A DNA stretch of 32,000 nucleotides from Delftia acidovorans NBRC 14950 (lineage in GTDB: Bacteria; Pseudomonadota; Gammaproteobacteria; Burkholderiales; Burkholderiaceae_C): NCBI RefSeq assembly GCF_001598795.1, contig NZ_BCZP01000039.1:1-32000 (forward strand), read 5' to 3'. The translations under genes were made by a program, and so were the position numbers. Below the pieces are notes generated by a model. It did not search any database. It was not told the DNA's origin and saw only the letters and a program-made list of their open reading frames with translations. Position 1 is the first letter of the stretch; the number at the start of each line of letters is the position of its first letter. This document shows, in pieces, positions 7,240 through 14,253 of this stretch.

Positions 7240-8612
7240 GGGCCGGGCGCTACGACGACCTCCCCCTGGTGCTTCGCCAGTCAAGCGAAGCGCAGGCAGC
7301 CGTGCACGGCCAGCCGCCTGCGGACGCGTCCGGCGCAACGCCCCCCACCCCTGGCCGAACCGCCCTGGCGCGGGGCAAGTGGCTGCTCGTCATTCCCGTC
7401 GCCGCCCTGGTGGTCACCGGCCTGTTCTATCCGGTGGAGAACGTGGTGGTCGCCAGCGGCCAGGTCATCCCTTCCGACCGTGTGCAGACCGTGCAGCATC
7501 TGGAAGGCGGCATCGTCACCGCCGTCCATGTGCGCGAAGGCCAGGCCGTGACCCAGGGCCAGCCGCTGCTGGAAATCGACCTGGGCAGCAACAGCCTCAA
7601 CCTCGAACAGCTCACCGCCCGCATGGCCACGGCCCAGGCCGTCAAGGCGCGTCTGGGTGCGGAAAGCCAGGGCCGGCCGCTGCAGCGCACCGCCTTCCCC
7701 GCCGACCTGGACGCACAGGTGGTCCAGGCCGAACTGGGCGCCTTCTCGGCGCGCGCGCTGGAGCACCAGGGCAGCCTTGCCGCAGCCCAGGCCCAGCTGC
7801 AGCAGGCGCGCGGCGACGTGGCCCAGGTGCAGGCGCGCATCGAGGGGCTGGAGACCAATCTGCGCCTGCACCAGCAGGAGGCCTCCATTGCCGGCCAGCT
7901 CGCCTCCGAGCAGCTGATAGGCCAGCTTGAAGTGCTGGACAAGCAGCGGGCGCTGGAGCAGGTGCGGGCCGAGCTGGCTGCCTCGCGCCAGACGCTTTTC
8001 AGCAACCGCGCCAAGATCGAACAGGCCCAGGCCAAGCTGCAGGAGACCCAGGGCGCCTTCCGCCGCCGCGCCTCCGACGAGCTGGCCCAGACCGAACGCG
8101 AGCTGGCCAGCCTCAACGAAGACCTGGTCCGCGCCCGCACCCAGCGCACGCGCACGGCCGTGCTGGCGCCCACCAGCGGCTTCGTCAAGGGCCTGCGCAG
8201 CTCGGGCGCCGGTTGGGTGGTCAAGCCCGGCGAGCCCATCCTCGAAATCGTTCCGGACAAGGACGAAGTCATCGTCGAGGCGCGCCTGAGCCCCGCCGAC
8301 CGTGGCTATGTGCGCCCCGGCCAGGCCACCCGGGTGAAGATCTCGGCCTACGACTTCCTGCGCTACGGCTCGGTGCCCGGCCAGGTCACCCTGGTGGCGG
8401 CCGATGCCGACCGCGATCCCAACCTGGCCGACTCGCCCTCGTACTTCCGCATCCAGGCCAGCCTGGAGCAGCCCTGGGTGGGCCGCACCGACAACCGCAT
8501 CACCACCGGCATGCAGGCCGAACTCGACCTGCTGCTGGGCCACGAACCCTTTATCTGGTATTTGCTGCGGCCCGTGCTGCGCATCCAGAGCGAAGCCTTC
8601 CGGGAGCCCTGA
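7236..8612 (+). CDS. HlyD-family type I secretion membrane fusion (periplasmic adaptor) protein
   Basis: ATGA start/stop overlap with the ABC gene. It has a single N-terminal TM helix, the motif VQHLEGGIV...V.EGQ.V..GQPLLEID, a long coiled-coil middle region, and C-terminal APTSGFV...ARLSPADRGYVRPGQATRVKISAYDF. Confidence 0.93.
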   Translation: MRAGRYDDLPLVLRQSSEAQAAVHGQPPADASGATPPTPGRTALARGKWLLVIPVAALVVTGLFYPVENVVVASGQVIPSDRVQTVQHLEGGIVTAVHVREGQAVTQGQPLLEIDLGSNSLNLEQLTARMATAQAVKARLGAESQGRPLQRTAFPADLDAQVVQAELGAFSARALEHQGSLAAAQAQLQQARGDVAQVQARIEGLETNLRLHQQEASIAGQLASEQLIGQLEVLDKQRALEQVRAELAASRQTLFSNRAKIEQAQAKLQETQGAFRRRASDELAQTERELASLNEDLVRARTQRTRTAVLAPTSGFVKGLRSSGAGWVVKPGEPILEIVPDKDEVIVEARLSPADRGYVRPGQATRVKISAYDFLRYGSVPGQVTLVAADADRDPNLADSPSYFRIQASLEQPWVGRTDNRITTGMQAELDLLLGHEPFIWYLLRPVLRIQSEAFREP

Positions 8613-10348
8613 TGCCAGGCCGCCCGACCTCCCCTTCCATGGGCTGGCACGCCCGCTGCCACGCCCGGCTGCGCCAGCTGCTGGCCGCTGCCTGCTGCCT
8701 GTCCGCACTGCAGGCGCTGCAGGCCGCTGCCGCGCCTGTGGCTGCGGCGGACAGGGACCTTGATACGGACATCGGCATGGTTGCCGCAGCCGCACCCGCA
8801 CCCGCATCCACATCCGCAAACACGGCCGCAGCCGCACCGGCCCCTGTGGTCCTGCGCCTGGCCCAGCACCTCACGCCCGGCACCCTGGCCAGCGACGGCG
8901 GGCAGCGCCGCCTGCTCGATGCCCTCTACGCCCTGATCGACGAATACCCCGACGTGCGCAAGGCGCGCGCCGCGCTGGAATCGGCCGGGCATGACGTGAA
9001 CACCGCGCGCGGCGCGCGCTGGCCCACCTTCAAGGTGGGTACCAACACGGGCGATGCCAAGCTGCGCCGGGGCCGCGAGTCCTACACCGCCGTCAACGCC
9101 GAAGTGCGCATGGCCCTGCTGGACGGCGGCGCCATCGGCGCGGGCATACGCTCGGCCGAATCGCAGGAGGCGGCCCAGGGCAGCGTGCTCTACGGCACGC
9201 GCCAGAACGTGCTGCTGGAGGCGCTGACCGCCCTGCTGGAGCTGCACCGCTTCGAGGACAAGGCCCGCGTGGCGGCCGAGTCGGCGCGCATCATCGGCCA
9301 GCTCGCGCGCATCGAGGAGCGCCGCGCCGAACTGGGCGCCGTGGGCCGCAACGACCTGCGCCAGGCCGCCTCGCGCCAGGCCGGCGCCCTGGCCCAGCAG
9401 CATGCGCTGGAGTCGCAGCGCATGGATGCGCAGGCCCGCTTCACGCGCTACTTCGGCTTCACGCCCCAGCCCGGCTGGCTGCCCCAGCTCAACGTGCCCG
9501 TGCAATGGATGCCGGCCAACGAGGACTCGGCCCTGCAGGCCTCCGAAACCGTCAGCCCCGAGCTGCAGGAGATGGAGCAGCAGATCGAGAAGGCCCGCGC
9601 CGAAGTGGACCGCAGCAAGTCCCAGCGCTTTCCCACGCTGGCCGCCGTGGTGGCCCACACGCGCGACCCCAGCGGTGTGCTCTATGCCGAGGGCACGCGC
9701 TACGGCGTGGAGCTGAGCTGGAACTTCGGCAACGGCTTCGAGCTGCGCGACCGCATCCTCAAGGCCATCAACGAACTGCAGGCCCAGGAAGCGCAGCAGG
9801 AAACCGTGCGCCGCCAGGTGCGCGAAACCGCCTCCGCCGCCTGGGGACGCACCCAGTCCGGCCGCCAGCGCGAAAGCCAGCTGGCCGACGCCGTGCGCGA
9901 GGCGCGCGCCGCCTTCGAGGGGCGCCGCCGCCTGCTCGAAGTCGGGCGCGGCAGCCTGGCCCAGGTGCTGGACGCCCAGCTGGACATGCAGCGCCTGCTG
10001 CTGGACGAGGCCGACGCCATCTACGACCAGCGCATCAACGAACTGCGCCTGGCACGCACCACCGGCCGCCTCCTGCCGCAGGACCCGCCCGATCAATGGC
10101 TGAACGCGCTGTTCACCCCGCAAAAACCGATTCCGGCAGGTGGTGGTGCGCCAGGCACTGCCCCCATGGACGAGCCCGGGAACGCGCCCGGCCCTGCGCC
10201 CTCGCGCAGCCGCCCCGAACCCCAGGACGCTGCCGTGGCCACCCTGTCCGCCAGCGCCATGCCCCAACGAATACAGCTGCGCCTTGAGCAGCAGTTGCGC
10301 CCCGTTTCAGACGCTTTTCCAACCACCGCCTTGCGACAGCAGTGGTGA
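8612..10348 (+). CDS. TolC-family outer membrane factor of the T1SS
   Basis: TGATG overlap with the HlyD gene. It has a signal-like N-terminus and two OEP-type repeats (…ARAALESAGHDVNTARGARWPTF… and …ARAEVDRSKSQRFPTLAAVV…). A Pro/Ala-rich C-terminal extension of about 90 aa follows. Confidence 0.88.
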   Translation: MPGRPTSPSMGWHARCHARLRQLLAAACCLSALQALQAAAAPVAAADRDLDTDIGMVAAAAPAPASTSANTAAAAPAPVVLRLAQHLTPGTLASDGGQRRLLDALYALIDEYPDVRKARAALESAGHDVNTARGARWPTFKVGTNTGDAKLRRGRESYTAVNAEVRMALLDGGAIGAGIRSAESQEAAQGSVLYGTRQNVLLEALTALLELHRFEDKARVAAESARIIGQLARIEERRAELGAVGRNDLRQAASRQAGALAQQHALESQRMDAQARFTRYFGFTPQPGWLPQLNVPVQWMPANEDSALQASETVSPELQEMEQQIEKARAEVDRSKSQRFPTLAAVVAHTRDPSGVLYAEGTRYGVELSWNFGNGFELRDRILKAINELQAQEAQQETVRRQVRETASAAWGRTQSGRQRESQLADAVREARAAFEGRRRLLEVGRGSLAQVLDAQLDMQRLLLDEADAIYDQRINELRLARTTGRLLPQDPPDQWLNALFTPQKPIPAGGGAPGTAPMDEPGNAPGPAPSRSRPEPQDAAVATLSASAMPQRIQLRLEQQLRPVSDAFPTTALRQQW

Positions 10349-10453
10349 AGTGAGAAGCGGCAAGTGAGGTTTCCCGTGCAGCGGCCGGCTTCTGCCCATC
10401 GCCAGCCGCCGCCATCGAAAACGATGGGCTTTTGCAACCGAAAGGACGATGCC

Positions 10454-10630
10454 ATGACCGACATCATCAAGAACTTCTGGAAAGACGAAGAAGGCGCCAC
10501 CGCCATCGAGTACGGCTTGATCGCCGGCCTCATCGCCGTGGGGATCGTGGTGGGCGCCACCGCGCTCGGCACCAACCTGAATGGGCTGTTCACCCGGATC
10601 GCCACCAAGCTCACCGGCTTCGTTCCCTGA
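10454..10630 (+). CDS. flp: Flp-family type IVb pilin (copy 1)
   Basis: 58 aa: MTDIIKNFWKDEEG|ATAIEYGLIAGLIAVGIVV... This is the canonical Flp motif with a G|ATAIEYGLIA cleavage site. SD aaagga lies upstream. I chose an internal ATG within the longer track ORF 10364..10630. Confidence 0.9.
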   Translation: MTDIIKNFWKDEEGATAIEYGLIAGLIAVGIVVGATALGTNLNGLFTRIATKLTGFVP

Positions 10631-10721
10631 GCGCCGGCTGCGGCGCGATCTGGCCGGGCTCGGGCGGGGCTTGCCTCCGCCCCCGGCGCCAAGGCATTTT
10701 GCAAACCGAAAGGACCATGCC

Positions 10722-10898
10722 ATGACCGAAATGATCAAGAACTTCTGGAAAGACGAGGAAGGCGCCACCGCCATCGAATACGGGCTGATCGCCGGCCTGA
10801 TTGCCGTGGGCATCGTCGTGGGCGCCACCGCGCTGGGTACCGATCTGAACGGATTGTTCAGCCGGCTTGCCACCAAGCTCAACGGACTTGCCCCCTGA
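10722..10898 (+). CDS. flp: Flp-family type IVb pilin (copy 2)
   Basis: 58 aa: MTEMIKNFWKDEEG|ATAIEYGLIAGLIAVGIVV... It differs from copy 1 at 8 of 58 positions, in the leader and the C-terminal third. The leader DNA is the same as upstream of copy 1. Confidence 0.9.
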   Translation: MTEMIKNFWKDEEGATAIEYGLIAGLIAVGIVVGATALGTDLNGLFSRLATKLNGLAP

Positions 10899-10900
10899 AG

Positions 10901-11470
10901 ATGGAGTGGACCTCGCTATGGCTGTGCGTCTGCATCACATGGCTCGCAACGATTGCGGTCATGGATCTGCGCATCCGGCGCGTGCGCAACTGGATGGTGC
11001 TGCTCGGCCTGGCCACAGGCGCGGCGGCACTGGCCAGTGGGGCGCAGCCGTTCCAGGTCTCGGCCTGGAACGCGCTGGCCGGACTGCTGGCGGGGTTTGT
11101 CGTGCTGCTTCCTTTCTATGCACTGCGCTGGATGGGAGCGGGCGACGTCAAGTTCGGCGCGGTCGCAGGGCTGTGGTTCGGGCTGAGCTTCGACCTGCTG
11201 CTGATCTGGACCGGCGGCAGCCTGCTGGCCGGCCTGCACGGCCTTCTGGTGCTGTCATTGCGCCACCTGAGCCACAGCCCCACCGGCCTGTGGCTGCAGG
11301 CCCGGCTGCCCCTGGCCTGGGCGGCCCGCCTGGCACCCCTGGGCGCGGCGTCTCAGCCCGCAGGCGCCACCGATGGACCGCGCCAGCCCCAGCGCTCCAT
11401 TCCCTATGCCGGCTACATGGCCATTGCGGCCATCGCCCTGGCCTGGCGCCACAGCCAGCCGCTTGCCTGA
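10901..11470 (+). CDS. cpaA: Prepilin peptidase CpaA/TadV (A24 aspartic peptidase)
   Basis: A polytopic membrane protein with the two catalytic-Asp contexts VMDLRIRRVRN and MGAGDVKF. It lies immediately after the flp genes. Confidence 0.88.
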   Translation: MEWTSLWLCVCITWLATIAVMDLRIRRVRNWMVLLGLATGAAALASGAQPFQVSAWNALAGLLAGFVVLLPFYALRWMGAGDVKFGAVAGLWFGLSFDLLLIWTGGSLLAGLHGLLVLSLRHLSHSPTGLWLQARLPLAWAARLAPLGAASQPAGATDGPRQPQRSIPYAGYMAIAAIALAWRHSQPLA

Positions 11471-11558
11471 ACGGGAGATGCCCATGCAGATCGCTTTCCC
11501 CTCGCCACGCACCACACGGCCCGGCCCCGCCGCAAGCCGCCGCTGTGCGCTATCCGGA

Positions 11559-11603
11559 CGCTTTCCTGCCCTGGCGGACCCTCTGCGCCATGGCAGGAAA
11601 GCG
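11559..11603 (+). other. Strong intercistronic stem-loop between cpaA and cpaB
   Basis: CGCTTTCCTGCC (11559-11570) pairs perfectly with GGCAGGAAAGCG (11592-11603). After one C/T mismatch, TGGCG/CGCCA adds 5 bp around a 9-nt loop. A competing pairing is GCCCTGGCG (11568-11576) with CGCCAGGGC (11602-11610). There is no U-tract. Confidence 0.6.
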
Positions 11604-11662
11604 CCAGGGCAGCCCCCATGCCTGAACACCGTCGCCACCCACTTGCACCAGGAGCCCCAGCC

Positions 11663-12709
11663 ATGAACCTCACCAAGATTCTTGCCGGACTGTTGGTTGG
11701 GCTGGCCATCGTGCTCGCAGGCCTTGCCTGGCTGCTGGGCAGCCAGCCCGCACGCCCCGTGGCCCAGCCCTCACCGACCGCCTCGGCGCAGCCGGCCCCA
11801 GAGCCCGTGCCGCAGCATGCCGTCGTGGTCGTGGCCCAGGCCATTGCCGCAGGCCAGCGCATCGGCAGCGAGGATGTGAAGCTGGCCCAGCTGCCCGCCC
11901 CCGTACCCGGCAGCTTTGCCGCGACCGATGACGTGCTGGGCCGCACCACGCTGATGGCGCTCACCCCGGGCACTCCGCTTTTCGAGCAGCAACTGCTCAG
12001 CGGCCTGGCCCTGCAGCTGGAGCCGGGACAGCGCGCCCTGGCGATTGCCATCCGGGAGCAGATGGCCGCGGGCCACCATGTGCGCCCCGGCGACTTCGTG
12101 GATGTCTACTTCACGCTGGACGGCAAGTCCGACCAGGCACCCGTGGACGCGCAGACCCGGCTGCTGCTGGCGCGCAGCCGCGTGCTGGCCTACGGCTCCG
12201 GCAGCGTGGAACGCCCACCCATGCCGGCCGTCCAGCGCCAGGCGCAGCAGGACAAGGAATCGGCCGGCTCGTCGCTGCGCCGCGCCAGCGCTGCGGATCA
12301 GACCGGCCAGCGCCCTGAGAACGTGCAATCGGCCGTGCTGGCCGTGCCGCTGGACGATGTGGAGCGCCTCACCCTGGCCGAGAAATTCGGCCAGCTCACC
12401 TTGGCGCTGCGCAACCCGGACGACCTGTCCGTGCCCGATCCCAAGCTCTTCGCCGCCCTGCCCAGCGCACTGCAGCCGGTGGCGGGCCGCCTCCGGAAAG
12501 ACCAGGCACTGGAGGGTGCAGACCGCGCCTTCGCCGGCCTTCGCATGCAGGACCTGGCCACCGGCGCCGACGCCAAGAACATCCGCAAGCCTGCCGCCCA
12601 GCCCATGACGGCCTTCGCACCCGCCGTGCGGCCGCCGCCGCAGCGGGCCCCGCGCGAACGCACCGTGGAGCTGCATAACGGAGCCGCGGTGCAGATGGTG
12701 AACTACTGA
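11663..12709 (+). CDS. cpaB: Flp pilus assembly protein CpaB/RcpC
   Basis: SD aggag lies 8 nt upstream of ATG 11663. It has an N-terminal TM anchor (MNLTKILAGLLVGLAIVLAGLAWLL), a SAF-like segment (VVVVAQAIAAGQRIGSEDVKLAQLP) and a position upstream of the secretin. Confidence 0.85.
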   Translation: MNLTKILAGLLVGLAIVLAGLAWLLGSQPARPVAQPSPTASAQPAPEPVPQHAVVVVAQAIAAGQRIGSEDVKLAQLPAPVPGSFAATDDVLGRTTLMALTPGTPLFEQQLLSGLALQLEPGQRALAIAIREQMAAGHHVRPGDFVDVYFTLDGKSDQAPVDAQTRLLLARSRVLAYGSGSVERPPMPAVQRQAQQDKESAGSSLRRASAADQTGQRPENVQSAVLAVPLDDVERLTLAEKFGQLTLALRNPDDLSVPDPKLFAALPSALQPVAGRLRKDQALEGADRAFAGLRMQDLATGADAKNIRKPAAQPMTAFAPAVRPPPQRAPRERTVELHNGAAVQMVNY

Positions 12710-12734
12710 AAACACACAACAAGAGGGAGATGCC

Positions 12735-14249
12735 ATGAAGTGCAAGAACATCTCGACGGCCGGAGCAACCCCGCTGCAGCGCGCGGTCTGGACACTGTGC
12801 GGCAGCATGGCCTTGCTGGCATTGCCGCCAGCGGTGTCGGCGCCTGCGGACACCGCTGCCGTCCAAGGCATGCACAACCCCGGCGCCGGGGACATGCCCT
12901 TTGGCGACTCCCTGCAGCTGGTGGCCGGACGCCAGCACCTGATGCCGCTGGCCAGTACTCCGGGCCGCATCGCCGTGGGCGACCCCAATGTGCTGGACGT
13001 GAAACTGCTGCGCGCCACGCCGGGCTCCGGCGCCAGTGCCGGCTCCGGCTCCGGCTCCGGCGGAACCGAGCTGCTGCTCACGCCCAAGGCCCAGGGCAGC
13101 ACCACGTTGGTGGTGTGGCCCCAGAAAGGTGGCGCACCCCAGCGCTGGGAGGTCCAGGTCCGCGGCCAGCACCTGCTGCTGGAAAAGCGCCTGACCTCGG
13201 TTCCAGAACATGCCCAGGCCGTGGCCGAACTGCGCCAGTACGCGCCCGCCCAGACGCTGCTGGTGGACAACGCGCAGATCGACGTCAAGAGCAACACCGT
13301 CCAGGTGGACGTGCAGGTGGTGGAGTTCAAGAAATCCGCGATGAAGCGCATCGGCGTCAACATCTACAGCGGCGGGCGCAACAACCAGGGCTTCAGCTTC
13401 GGCAGCTTCAGCCCCGGCGTGGTGGGCAGCATCAGCACCAATACCAACGGCACGGGGACAGGGACGGGAACGGGCAATACCGGCTCGGGCGGCACGGGAG
13501 GCACGGGAGGCTCGGGCTCTGGCGGCGTGTCCAACAACACCTCGTCGGCCATTGCCAGCGCCATGAGCCTGGTGATGACCTTCGGCAAGGCCTTCAGCGG
13601 CGCCGGCATCGTCACGCAGCTGAGCATCCTCGAAGGCAACGGCATGGCGCGCGTGTTGGCCCGGCCTACCCTGCTGGCCCAGACCGGCCAGAACGCAAGC
13701 TTCCTGGCCGGCGGCGAGCTGCCGATCCCCGTGCCCGCGCGCGACGGCAACATCGCCATCCAGTACAAGGAATTCGGCATCAAGCTACAGCTGACGCCCA
13801 CCATCCTTTCGGACGATCGCATCGCCCTGAAGGTCTCGCCCGAGGCCAGCGACCTGGACTTCAACAGCGGCGTGACCATCAGCGGCGTCACCGTGCCCGC
13901 CATCCGCACGCGCCGCGCCGACACCTCGGTGGAGCTGGCCGATGGCGAGAGCTTCGTCATCGGCGGGCTGGTCAGCCGCGCCACCACCTCCAACGTCAGC
14001 AAGGTGCCGGTGCTGGGCGATCTGCCCATCCTGGGCACCTTCTTCAAGAACCTCAACTACACGCAGGAAGAGTCCGAGCTGGTGATCATCGTCACCCCGC
14101 GCCTGGTCCACCCGCTTCCCGCCAGCACCAATCTCGAAGCCCTGCTGCCCGGTGCGCAATCCGAGCAGCGCAACGCCGGCAAGGTCTGGCTGCCCTACCT
14201 CGCCGGCGGAATGAGCACCCAGACCGCCGTACCCGGTTTCTCGTACTGA
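12735..14249 (+). CDS. cpaC: Tad secretin CpaC/RcpA
   Basis: Signal peptide, BON/N-domain and a secretin core: ARVLARPTLLAQTGQNASFLAGGELPIP...VPVLGDLPILGTFFKN...ELVIIVTPRLV. Confidence 0.93.
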   Translation: MKCKNISTAGATPLQRAVWTLCGSMALLALPPAVSAPADTAAVQGMHNPGAGDMPFGDSLQLVAGRQHLMPLASTPGRIAVGDPNVLDVKLLRATPGSGASAGSGSGSGGTELLLTPKAQGSTTLVVWPQKGGAPQRWEVQVRGQHLLLEKRLTSVPEHAQAVAELRQYAPAQTLLVDNAQIDVKSNTVQVDVQVVEFKKSAMKRIGVNIYSGGRNNQGFSFGSFSPGVVGSISTNTNGTGTGTGTGNTGSGGTGGTGGSGSGGVSNNTSSAIASAMSLVMTFGKAFSGAGIVTQLSILEGNGMARVLARPTLLAQTGQNASFLAGGELPIPVPARDGNIAIQYKEFGIKLQLTPTILSDDRIALKVSPEASDLDFNSGVTISGVTVPAIRTRRADTSVELADGESFVIGGLVSRATTSNVSKVPVLGDLPILGTFFKNLNYTQEESELVIIVTPRLVHPLPASTNLEALLPGAQSEQRNAGKVWLPYLAGGMSTQTAVPGFSY

Positions 14250-14253
14250 CGAC

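Noticed and set aside
8644-8659. TGGCACGCCCGCTGCC, which has correct GG-N10-GC sigma-54 spacing.
   Set aside because: It lies about 30 nt inside the TolC-like CDS, which is translationally coupled to the upstream gene. The -12 element is CTGCC rather than TTGCW, and no gene starts downstream of it. It is most likely a chance match in GC-rich coding DNA.
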